Assembly: GCA_910589685.1 (NCBI GenBank)
Contig: CAJUTA010000028.1
Span: 1 to 33,703, forward strand
Origin: an uncultured Ureaplasma sp.
Lineage (GTDB): Bacteria; Bacillota_I; Bacilli_A; Mycoplasmatales; Mycoplasmoidaceae
Direction: 5' to 3'
DNA length: 33,703 bases
The notes beneath the pieces are model-generated. The model was not told where the DNA came from and made no database searches. It saw nothing but the letters and a program-made list of their open reading frames with translations. A program made the translations under genes and the position numbers. Positions 12,209 through 22,830 of the stretch are shown piece by piece. Numbering within the stretch: position 1 is the stretch's first letter; every line of letters starts with the position of its first letter.

Positions 12209-12535
12209 TTATTTTTTAAAACAGATTGCAATTGCTACTGCAATCTGTTTTTCATATGAAATTGACAAAAATAATTCATAACCTGGTAAATGACAAATTG
12301 GAGCTTCACTTGTAAATTCAATTGAAATATCTTGAATATTAAATTTATGATTTGTTGCTTTAATAATTGCTTCTTTTAATGATCAAATGCCTGCATAATA
12401 TTGTGAACTAATATTTTTATTGCTACTAAATATTTCATATTCTTTTGGAGTCATATAACGTTGAAAAAAACCAGGAGTTTCAAACTCTGATCTTGTCAAA
12501 TCCACAACATCAATTCCAATTCCAAATAAATTCAT
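12209..12535 (-). CDS. acpS: Holo-ACP synthase (4'-phosphopantetheinyl transferase)
   Basis: MNLFGIGIDVVD, YAGIWSLKEAIIKA, LSISYEKQIAVAIA. Missed by the track (TGA). Confidence 0.9.
12218..12253 (+). terminator. Intrinsic terminator for the fakA...ZIP transcript, inside the 3' end of acpS
   Basis: 13-bp perfect stem AAAACAGATTGCA/TGCAATCTGTTTT with an 8-nt loop and a T tail, 17 nt after the ZIP stop. Confidence 0.7.
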
Positions 12536-12547
12536 AATTATTCCAAA

Positions 12548-12556
12548 TGATATAAT
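12548..12556 (+). promoter_or_regulatory. Extended -10 promoter element (TGnTATAAT) for rnhC
   Basis: TGATATAAT lies 12 nt upstream of ATG 12569, in a 33-bp divergent gap. Confidence 0.55.
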
Positions 12557-12568
12557 AATTTTACATTA

Positions 12569-13576
12569 ATGAATTCAAATATTTTATCATTCAAGACAAC
12601 AAAAAAGATAATCAAGGATTTTGAAAAAAGATATTATCAATATCAAAATAAATCCAATTTTGCTAATCAATATATTCATAGTCAATATGTTTTTAATGAT
12701 GGATCTATAACATTCTACATAAATAAAAATAGCGAATATAAATGTGTTGTGCAAGCAAAAGAAATCAAAAGTTTCATTAATAAATATAAAAAAGAACTGG
12801 ATTATGAAATAATTCAAGAAAATGACAAGCAATCAAGTAATTTAAATTATGAAAATAATAATTTCAATCATCAATATATTATTGGAACAGATGAAGTTGG
12901 TGTAGGAGATTATTTTGGTGGAATTGTCGTTTGTGCAGTATATGTTGGTCCAAAACTAGCAAAATTATTAAGAAGTTGAGGAGTTGATGATTCAAAAAAA
13001 GTTAATGACAACAAAATCAAATCACTTGCTAAAAAGATTATGGCAATTGTTCCATATGAAAAAATATATATTTCTAACCAACAATATAACCAATTAATTA
13101 ATAAATTTAATAATAGCCATATTATTAAGACAATTGGTCATTTTCAAGTTATCAATCAACTACAACAAAAAATGTTAAGTGAAAAATGACCACTAGACAG
13201 TATTGTAATTGACAAATTTTCTAGTGAATATTCAATTAAAGAATATTTGAAAAAGATAAATGTTCATAATTATAATTTTAAAAATATTCAACTAATTGAG
13301 CATGCTGAATCACAAGTTATAGCTGTCGCTTGTGCATCAATTTTAGCTCGTTATTTTTTTCTTATAGAAATTGAAAAAATGAGTGAAAAATATCTTGATT
13401 CAGGTTCATTCCCATTGGGAGCTTGGAATAAAAAAATTGAAAATGAAATGATGAATTTAGTGCAAAAAAACAACATCAAAAATCAATTAGATTTTTATAA
13501 TTTCTTTGAAAATGTTGTTAAATTACATTTTAAAAATTCAAATAAAATTATTGAAAAAATAGAAAAGAAAAATTAA
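12569..13576 (+). CDS. rnhC: Ribonuclease HIII
   Basis: N-terminal extension, IGTDEVGVGDYFGG, GVDDSKK, IVIDKF, AVACASILAR. Confidence 0.92.
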
Positions 13577-14247
13577 TTACTTTGCAAATTGAACCAATTA
13601 ATTATACTTTTAATATCGTTAATATTATTTGCAAGAAAACTTCCACTAACAATATAATTTGATTGATTAACAACAATTGGAATTGTTTCGAAATTCATTC
13701 CACCATCTATTTCAATTAGAAGTGATCTATTTTTTTTTAAGCAATATTTTTGAATATCGATAATATTATTTAAACAAGAAGATTCAAATTTTTGACCACC
13801 TTTGCCTGGATATACACCCATAATTGTAATAAATTCACATTCATCTAAAAATCGAGAATAATCATCAAATTTAAAATTAGGGTTGATTGCGATTCCTTGT
13901 TTTATTTTCATTTCTTTAATTGCACTCAATGTTTGAAAAACCTCATAATCATTTTTACAAGCATCAAAATGAAAACAAATTGCATCAGTTAATTCATGAT
14001 TATATTTGAATATTTCATCCAAAGGATTAACTACCATCAAATGAACATGAGCCTTTAAATTGTTGTTGTGTCTTAAAAAGAATTGATAATCTTTTTCATC
14101 ATATGCTGAATTCTCAACATATTTTTTATCCATAACATCGAAATGAATATAATTAATAGACTCTTTATGAAAAATATCAAAATAAATTGGTCATTTACTT
14201 ATATCAAAAGACAATAAACTAGGAACTAATTCACACTTTTTCTTCAT
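13573..14247 (-). CDS. rpe: Ribulose-phosphate 3-epimerase
   Basis: VPSLLS, IHFDVMD, HVHLMV, IMGVYPGKGGQKF, IEIDGG, VSGS. Start extended to ATG 14247. Confidence 0.92.
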
Positions 14248-14255
14248 AATTATGT

Positions 14256-15101
14256 TTATTGTTCTTGATTTTTGATTAAATTTAATAAATATTTAGCAAT
14301 TGCATCACTATTATTATCATCAATAATATTTTGTATTTCATTTTTCATTCAATCATTAGCATTGCCCATTAAAACTGGGTTACCAACATTTTTAAGAATA
14401 ATTAAATCATTTTCAGAGTCACCAAATGCATATGTATTTTCATTAGTAATTGATAGTTTCTTTTGAATGTATGAACAACCATTTCATTTTGATATTCCAT
14501 ATGAATCAGCTTCAATATAAATATCAGAAACATTAGAAATTTGAGCACTTTGAGAATTTCTAATATCATCAAATTTTGAATTTATCCTTTTAATAAGATC
14601 ACTTTCAGCTTTAATTGAAATATGCAAGATTTGTTTTTCCAAATCTTCTTCTAATTCTTCAATTGGACTAAAATGTTGAATGGTAGGTCCAAAAACAAAG
14701 AAACGACTATCTGTTATTTCATTAATATCATCACCAAAATAATAATTTTTTGATGTTCCATCTAAAAAACAAATATTTAATTGTCTTTTAACTTCTTTTG
14801 CCACTTCATAAAATTTTTGAACAATCTTACGGTCTAATGGTAAACCTAATGTTGTTAAAATTTCATTTTTTATATCTCAAACATAGTTACCATTAGCAAG
14901 AACTAAGAATCCATTTAATCCTGCAAGTTTAGCTATATCTATAATGTTTTGAGTAAAGCATCTACCTGTTGCTAAACAAAAAATATAATTATGATGTTTT
15001 AATTCTTCGATTGCTTTGATTGTTGATTCATTAATTGTTTTTTTATCATTCAATAACGTTCCATCAACATCAAAAAATACTAATTTACTATTACTTACCA
15101 T
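14256..15101 (-). CDS. Cof-type HAD-IIB hydrolase (281 aa)
   Basis: FFDVDGTLL, LATGR, ANG, GISK, AFGDSENDL, MGNA. Continuous with TGA=Trp. Confidence 0.92.
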
Positions 15102-15173
15102 ACTTATTATTAATTATAAAGATTAATTCATAAGAATTTAATATTATATTATATATAATAGCATCAATAAACT

Positions 15174-15824
15174 ATGGCAACAAAAAGTACAAATACAAAA
15201 AATAGAGTATATTTTGCGCAACATAACAAGAAAAGTACAAATGTTCTAAGTAATAGAAATTTTTATGATGAAGTAATGTGTCCAAGATGTAGTGGTAAAT
15301 TTGAACTACGCGGCGACTTAAAAAATAATAATGCATATTATGAATGTAAAAAATGTCGATACACTTTGACATTTTTAGAATATCAAAAAAGATATATTAA
15401 TTTAAATTGACAAAAAACTATTGATTTAGGATTTAAATTATATAGTTGAGATGAATATTGTCCAATCTGTGGAAGTAAAAATCCATTCATAACATATTGT
15501 ATTAATCAATCTGTTGGAACTGAAGATTTATGTTTATTTTTACCATTCTTATTAGGAAGTGTCAAAAAATTAGATTATTTTTTAATAAAGTTTTGTGATT
15601 CCATTAATTTATTTCCTAATAATGATGGGCAATTAATTCCAACAATTTTTTGTAACAAATGTGACGCTCCATTTAATGGGGATTTCTTCATGGAAAGTTT
15701 TTTAAAGCAAAAAAAACTAGATTTAGAATACACTATTAAAAGAAAAATCATAAATAAATATATTGATTTAAAAGTGGAAGATATTACAAATTTATTAAAT
15801 AAATTGAAATATTTTGATAATTAA
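15174..15824 (+). CDS. Hypothetical protein with four CxxC motifs (putative double zinc ribbon, 216 aa)
   Basis: CPRC, CKKC, WDEYCPIC and FCNKCDAPFNGDFF. Open to TAA 15822-15824. TATAAT at 15154-15159. Confidence 0.75.
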
Positions 15825-15825
15825 A

Positions 15826-16131
15826 ATGAAATTATTTTTAAAAAATTTATTTAATCATAAATATAAAATAATTTATTTAGAAAATTTCATTGAAAACAAT
15901 AAGTTTGATAAATGAAATGTTTTGGAATTTAAAAATGTAAATTATCATGAAAAAAAACATTTTCCACAATCTTATCAAATAGATTATTTAAAAAGAAATG
16001 AACAAATTCAAAATTTAAATAAAAATGATTTTTATATTATTAATGATGAATTTGTTATTGCGAGAATGTGAGCAAAACATTTACATAATCTTGGATTCAA
16101 ACATATAGCGATATTAATTTGAAGTGATTAA
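15826..16131 (+). CDS. Degenerate rhodanese-like domain protein (101 aa)
   Basis: VLEFKNVNYHEKKHFPQSYQI...LNKNDFYII...WAKHLHNLGFKHIAIL follows the rhodanese pattern (HipGA; L...Gf..v..L) but has no Cys. Confidence 0.5.
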
Positions 16132-16167
16132 GTAAAAATTCTATATGAAACTTTATTTATAAGTAAG

Positions 16168-16632
16168 ATGAAAAATAATAAAATTAACATTTTAATATAT
16201 ATTGCTCAAGTTATTAACAATGACAATGATATAAAAAATAATAAAGAATATTGTTTGATTAACAATTTGTTAATACAAAGAATATTTTTCTTTATTTTTG
16301 GATTATTTTATAAAAAATATGAAAGATCGTTAATTAAAAAACCTGATTTTAGAGCTTGAAAATATGGGGTTATTGAAGCTAATTACTATAAATGAGTAAA
16401 AATCAAAGATGAAGAATTTTTAAGTGTTTTTAACGCAAAAATTAATGATAATGAACTCCTATTTATTGAAAATATTATTAAAAAATTATCAAATAAAAAT
16501 CCGTGAGATTTGGTTGAATTATCACAAATTTCATATGCTTGATATCACAATCAAAATTCTGAAAATAATAAAATTGAAATAAATGATATCGTTAAATCAT
16601 TCAAATATCTTGAATTAAATTATTTATTATAG
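16168..16632 (+). CDS. Panacea (DUF4065/SocA/GepA-like) antitoxin domain protein (154 aa)
   Basis: INNLLIQRIFFFIFG (LQKLLY-like), DFRAWKYGVIEANYY (FEAW.YGPV), NPWDLVELSQISYAW (L..lTH...pW), NKIEINDIVKSF. Confidence 0.82.
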
Positions 16633-16642
16633 AATCTCTAAT

Positions 16643-17560
16643 ATGAATGAAATTAAAATTAACACTTTAATTGATTTAAATTTAGAGAATTACATTCAAT
16701 TAACAAAATACATTGATAATCATGAATATGAAGACAAATTTACTAGCCCTGTTGCTTTATTTGGTTGAACATATTATGGATATGAATTTAAGTTTAGGAT
16801 TTGTGAAACTAATCAAGTTGTATTAATTTATATTAAAAATAAAAATAATCAATGAAGATTATGTTCATCTTTTTATGAACTGAAGAAATTAAATTTAAAT
16901 GAAATATATTCAATAATTGAAAAAGATTTGTTAGAACTAAATGGAAATTCAACTATCATATTTGATAACATCATTGAACAAATGATTAATGATTGAAAAA
17001 TAGATAGAAATAAACTAATTCAATTAAATTACTATTCAAACTATATTTACTTAACAGAAACATTCAAAACGCTTTCTGGTAGAAAATTACAGAAAAAAAG
17101 AAATCATTTAAATAATTTCATTAAACAAAATCATAACTATGAATTAATTAAACTAAATGATTTCAAAGATAAACAAATTCTTTTAGAATACATTGAAAAT
17201 CATAATAAGAGATACCAAAATAATGACAATATCTCAGAAATGAAATTTTATCGAGATTTGATTTTAAAAGAAATTGATGCAACAAATGATTATGTTGGAT
17301 TAATAGTTTTAATTAATAAAAAAATTGTTGGAATTACAATTTGTTATTTAAGAAAAGATATTTGTGAGATTGTCTTGGAAAAAGCAGAACACGAAATTAC
17401 TGGGTTGTACCAATTTTTAATTCAACAAAATTTGTTAGTTAATAATATTGAAAAAAAATATATTGATAGACAAGATGACGCCTTCGTTGAAGGTTTAAGA
17501 AAATCTAAATTATCTTACTATCCAATTGTTATAGTTACACGTTATTCTAGTAAGGTTTAA
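16643..17560 (+). CDS. DUF2156 / phosphatidylglycerol lysyltransferase C-terminal-like protein (305 aa)
   Basis: NYIYLTETFKTLSGRKLQKKRNHLNNF, LEKAEHEITGLYQFL, YIDRQDDAFVEGLRKSKLSYYP. Confidence 0.88.
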
Positions 17561-17885
17561 TAAAAAATCAAATAGTGAATTTCTTGTTGTAAACAACATC
17601 AAATTCATCATTTTTAACTAAGTAACTATAGTGAAAATCATAATATTGATTAAAAAATGTTAAAAAAATGACTTTTTGTTTCAATAATCTTTCTTGACGA
17701 TTAGAAATAAGGGAAAGATTGATCAATAAAACTTTCCATCAAGTTTTTTTGTATCATCTCATACGCTTAACATCATCAAAAAGAACTTCAAGCTTAGTAA
17801 TTGATAATGGTTGATTTTTGCTATAATTGTTTTGTATATTATGTAAATAATATTTTGATTTACTTTGATTTGTTTTTTTGCTCAT
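17547..17885 (-). CDS. Hypothetical basic protein (112 aa)
   Basis: Open from ATG 17885 to TAG 17547 with three TGA=Trp. Fills the gap between DUF2156 and truB. No motif recognised. Confidence 0.55.
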
Positions 17886-17922
17886 AGTAATTTCTATAAT
17901 GATAACATCATAAAATAAATTT

Positions 17923-18591
17923 ATGGAAAAATCACAAAATAATTTAAAAATTTTACTAGTTAATAAACCATTACATTGAACATCAAATGATGTTGTTCAA
18001 AAAATTAAACATAAATATCATATTAAGAAAATTGGCCATGCTGGTACACTTGATCCATTAGCTAGTGGTTTATTAATTTTAGGAATAAACCAAGGAACAA
18101 AAGAAATTAATAATTTAATGTTAATGGAGAAAGTTTATCTTGCTAACATTGTTTTTAATTATGAAACGGATACTAATGATAATGAGGGTAAGATAGTCTC
18201 ATATCAAAAAAAAGATATTCAATTAGATAAAATTATTGATGCTTTAAATAAATTTAAAAATGAAATATATGAGCAAGTTCCACCTATTTACAGTTCTGTT
18301 AAAATAAATGGTAAACGAGCATATGAATTAGCAAGATCATCAAAAGATAATATTGTAATAAATCCAAAAATTGTAAAATTAATTGATTACAAAATAATTT
18401 CATTCAAGAATAATGAATTGATTATTGAATTGAAAACTTCAAAGGGATTTTATGTTCGAAGTCTTGCAAGGGATTTGGGAAGAGCAGTTAGAAACTTTGC
18501 AAATTTAACTAAATTAGTTAGAACTCAAATTGGAGAGTATAAAATAGAACAATCTTATAAATTGGAAAATCTAGATGAGATATTTAATTAG
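17923..18591 (+). CDS. truB: tRNA pseudouridine(55) synthase (short form)
   Basis: NKPLHWTSNDVV, KIGHAGTLDPLASG, QVPPIYSSVKINGKRAYELAR, SKGFYVRSLARDLG. Confidence 0.95.
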
Positions 18592-19435
18592 AAGTGAAAA
18601 AGATTTAAAAAAAATTAGTACGCAATCTTTAATGATTGGTTTTTTTGATGCACCACATATTGGGCATAAGAAACTAGTTAAAAAATGTGAAAATGAATTA
18701 ACAATTCTAACATTCGAATTCAAAAAACATCCAAATTATATTTATTCTACTAATAATAGAATTGAAGCAATTGATAGAGCGTTCAAACCTAAAAATATTA
18801 TTCTTTGAGATTTAAATTCATTTAATATAGATTCAAAAACATTTATTAGTTATATAAAAAAATATCTTGATCCAAGAGAAATTATTGTTGGATCAGATTT
18901 CCGATTTGGAAATGATTTGAATAATGTTAAAGAACTTTCGAATTCATTTAATGTGAAAATTGTCAAGAGAAATAAGTTTTTAAGTATTTCAACAACTAAG
19001 ATAAAAAAATTATTAAAAAATGGAAAAATTGCAAGAGCTAATAGGCTTATGATTCAACCTTATATCTATACAGATGCAATTGTTAAAGGTGAACAAATTG
19101 CTAGAAAATTAGGATGTAAAACTGCTAATTTCTTGGTATCGGATGAATCAATTATTCCGAAGTATGGGATTTATTTAAGTAAAGCGTTTTTTCAAAATAA
19201 AGAATATTTTGGCCTAACATTTATCGGAAAGCCAAAAACAATAGGTGATTTAAAACATACAAAGTTTGAAACTCACTTATTGAATTTGAACACTAAATCT
19301 GATTTTTATGGAGAAAAATTAGCAATTCAATTAGTTAAAAAAATTGGAAATGTTAAAAAATTTAAATCAATTGATTCTTTAAAGAAAAGAATTAATAATC
19401 AAATGAAATTTGCAAAAAAATATTTCAAAATTTAG
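18575..19435 (+). CDS. ribF: Bifunctional riboflavin kinase/FAD synthetase
   Basis: GFFDAPHIGH, VGSDFRFG, ISTTKIK, G.QIARKLGCKTAN, ETHLLN, FYGE. Follows truB. Confidence 0.9.
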
Positions 19436-19482
19436 AAAAAATATTTTTCTTACCATTAGTTATAAATAATGAGGAGAAAAAT

Positions 19483-20073
19483 ATGTTTGATTCATTTAAA
19501 GGTAAATTAGTATTTAAACAAAAAAATAAAATTTATTTAGAAAATGACTTTGGATTAAGAGAAATTTATGTAGAAAATAATGAAAATTATCAAGAGAATA
19601 ATGAATATCATTTGTATATTTATTGTTCAAAATTGGTTTCACATAAATCAATCGAAAAAGTAACAAATTTTGGGTTTGAAACAATAAAAGAAATGTGTTA
19701 CTTTGAAAAGTTAATAAATATTGAAGGGGTTGGCCCGAAAACTGCACTCCGTTTTATTAGTGGTGGTATTGATATTTTCAATAATTTAGTAGAAAACAAA
19801 TTAATTGAAGAAATGATAGATAAATATCGAATTAATCTAAAAATAGCTAATTCAATTATTAATCATCATAAATGTGAAAAAAATAGTGAATTTTCAAGTG
19901 TGGAACTAAAAAAGATCAATGCTGCAATTTGTAATTTGCAAAACATTGGTTACAACAAAGATCTTTGTACAAAAATTGTTTTAAAAAGACAACAAGAAAT
20001 TATTAATAATAATTTTTCCAATATTTTTCATATTTTAATTGAGGATATTAAAAATGAAAGAACTAATCACTAG
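19483..20073 (+). CDS. ruvA: Holliday junction branch migration protein RuvA
   Basis: FGF...FEKLINIEGVGPKTAL and AICNLQNIGY. Directly upstream of ruvB. Confidence 0.9.
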   Translation: MFDSFKGKLVFKQKNKIYLENDFGLREIYVENNENYQENNEYHLYIYCSKLVSHKSIEKVTNFGFETIKEMCYFEKLINIEGVGPKTALRFISGGIDIFNNLVENKLIEEMIDKYRINLKIANSIINHHKCEKNSEFSSVELKKINAAICNLQNIGYNKDLCTKIVLKRQQEIINNNFSNIFHILIEDIKNERTNH

Positions 20074-20977
20074 ACCACAATTATTAGATGATTTTGTTGG
20101 TAAACAAAATATTAAATTATCATTAGGGACTTATATTAAATCTGCAAAAATTAGAAATCAAAATCTTGATCATATTATTTTTTATGGTTCACCTGGAGTT
20201 GGAAAAACAAGTTTGGCAACTATCATTGCTAATGAATTAGAAACAAATATTCATTATGTTCAAGGGCCTAGTATTACTAAAATAAGTGATGTGATAGATA
20301 TGGTTTCGTTGATTAAAGAAAATGATGTTATTTTTATTGATGAAATTCATCAAGTTAATATTAAATGTTTAGAAATTTTTTATTCAATTTTAGAAGATTT
20401 TGTAGCAGATATAAAGATTGGAAAGGATTTCAATAGTCAATATACAAGATTGCAATTACCAAAATTTACTCTGATTGCATCAACAACAAATTTTGGCAAA
20501 CTACCAACTCCATTCATTGATAGATTTGGGATAAAACTTTTTATCGATTTGTATGATGAAAATGAAATTTTCCAAATTATTGAAAGAATTTGCACAATTA
20601 ATAGTTTAGAAATTGAAAATGAAAATAAAAAAATAATAGCAAGTTATAGCAAAGGCACACCAAGAGTTGCTATTAACTTGATGAATAGATTTTATGATTA
20701 TAAACTTATTAATAACAAAATGCCTACAAATGAGATATTCAAAGCAATTGGTGTTTTTCCACTAGGATTAAATGAAATTGATGTAAGTTACTTGAAGATT
20801 CTTGAAACAAATCATAAACCAATTGGGATTCGCTCCATTGCACAACAACTTTATTTAGATAATGCGACAATTGAAAATACAATTGAACCTTATCTATTAA
20901 TTTTGGGATTTGTCTGCAAAAATAACCTTGGGAGATTAATCACTAACAAAGGAATAAAATATCTTAGAAATTTATAA
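20054..20977 (+). CDS. ruvB: Holliday junction branch migration helicase RuvB
   Basis: RPQLLDDFVG, GSPGVGKTSLA, FIDEIH, DRFG, GTPRVA, IEPYL. Confidence 0.96.
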   Translation: MKELITRPQLLDDFVGKQNIKLSLGTYIKSAKIRNQNLDHIIFYGSPGVGKTSLATIIANELETNIHYVQGPSITKISDVIDMVSLIKENDVIFIDEIHQVNIKCLEIFYSILEDFVADIKIGKDFNSQYTRLQLPKFTLIASTTNFGKLPTPFIDRFGIKLFIDLYDENEIFQIIERICTINSLEIENENKKIIASYSKGTPRVAINLMNRFYDYKLINNKMPTNEIFKAIGVFPLGLNEIDVSYLKILETNHKPIGIRSIAQQLYLDNATIENTIEPYLLILGFVCKNNLGRLITNKGIKYLRNL

Positions 20978-22033
20978 TTTACCTAATGAAATAGCAATGC
21001 CTTTAATTGGGTTTTCATTTCATAAATCTAAAAACAACTCTAATGCATATGAATAAACATTAACACTATTAATTGTAGATTGATCGAATAGTGTTTTTGT
21101 TTTTGATGTTATTTTATGTTTTTCATATCGCAATTTTAATGTTATTTGTTTTGGTTTAATTTCATCAAAATTAACTTCATCTAATAATTCATTGATAACA
21201 TTATGTAATTTTATTTTAATTTCATCAAAATCAGATGATGCCAATGAATATGTATGAGTTCGAGAAATTTGTTTTGATTCATTATATTTATCAATAACCT
21301 GATCATCATTTTCAATTGAAACATTAATAAGACTCATTAAATGATTATAAAAAGCACCAAAAATTTTTTTTAATTTTTTGTGATCTTTATAATTATAAAA
21401 ATCAAGAACTTTTCTAATTCCTAAATTGTGAAATTGAATAATTCTTTTTTTACCAACACCATTGATTTTATCAATTGATAAATTAAAAAGTTTTGTTGTT
21501 ATTTCTGATGGATAAAGTGTTGTTATTCCGCGTGGTTTATTAAAATCACAAGCAATTTTTGCTAAAGATTTAACATTTGAAATTCCAATTGAGACAGATA
21601 ATTTCAATCTTTTATAAACTAAATCTTGTATTTGTGCAGCAAGTATCAATGGATTGTCGTGATACATAGGTAATAATTCTGTTACATCAAGATAATAATC
21701 ATCAATACTAGTTTGTTCATATTTATTTGTATATGTTGTTGTTATCAAATTGAGAAATCTTTTACTTGCATCAATATAGCGCTCCATATTAGCAGGAACT
21801 AATTTCAAATTCTTGCATAATTTGATTGCATCATAAACATGCATAGCAGATTTCACACCATATTTTCGTGCTTCATAATTTGATGTTGAAATGATGCTAT
21901 GAGATTCACTAATTAAACCATTTTCAGTAACATTGGCAATTGCAAATGGAATATTTTTTAATCTATAGTCATAAATTTCTTCAACTGAGCAAAAAAATGC
22001 ATCAAGATCTAACATAAAGATGGTTCTTGCCAT
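20972..22033 (-). CDS. dinB: Y-family DNA polymerase IV
   Basis: LDLDAFFCSVE, SNYEARKYGVKSAM, SIDDYYLD, AKIACDFNKPRG, GVGKK. Extended through TGA to TAA 20974-20972. Confidence 0.93.
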
Positions 22034-22761
22034 TTAAAATACCCTAAATATTCAATATTATTTTTTTTATTACCAACAATTGGTGATTCAATTAATTTAA
22101 TAAGTTTCAAATTATTATTTTTAGCTTATTTAATTACATTAGCAATTGCTAATTTACGATCTTTTTCATTTTTTACAAAACCTTTATTTTTAGACATTGT
22201 TTTTTTATCTAATTCAAATTGAGGTTTAATTAAAAAAATTAGATCAATGTCAGAATTATAAAATTCTTGTAAGACATAAAAAACATGTTTTAAACTTATA
22301 AAACTTACATCACAAACAATTAAGTCTATTTTTTCATCAAATAACGATTTATTAATTGATTTTAGGTTTGTTTGCTCAAATGATTGAACTCGACTATCTA
22401 GTAATAATTTTGAATCTAATTGATTTGTTCCAACATCCAAAGCATAAACTTTCTTTGCTCCAAATTGCAAACAACAATCAGTAAATCCACCAGTTGATGC
22501 ACCAATATCTAATACAACTTTATTTTTTAGTTTAATTGAAAATTCAATTAGTGCATGTTCTAGTTTAAATCCAGCACGAGAAACATATTTTAATTGGCTT
22601 GTTGAAATATTATTTGTTTCATCAACCAAAAAATTATTTTTTAAAATGACATTATTATCAACTTTTACATTCCCAAGCTTAATTAATTGTTGGGCTTGAC
22701 TACGTGTTTGACAATAGTTATTTTGAATTAAATACTGATCCAATCGAATCTTATTCATCAT
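22009..22761 (-). pseudogene. tlyA: TlyA family rRNA 2'-O-methyltransferase interrupted by an in-frame TAA at 22128-22126
   Basis: S4 domain RLDQYL, YVSRAGFKL, DIGASTGGFTDC, DVSFISL, KPQFE. After the TAA the same frame continues AKNNNLKLIKLIESPIVGNKKNNIEYLGYF, the conserved TlyA C-terminus. Confidence 0.8.
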
Positions 22762-22830
22762 TTTTAATTTAAATCTTTTTTAATAATAAAATATTATTTA
22801 AATTACTATTTTATAGCAATAAGGATTTAA

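Noticed and set aside
15102..17922. Panacea cluster as a prophage, ICE or IS remnant
   Set aside because: No integrase, transposase, terminal repeats or flanking direct repeats were seen, and the composition is host-like.
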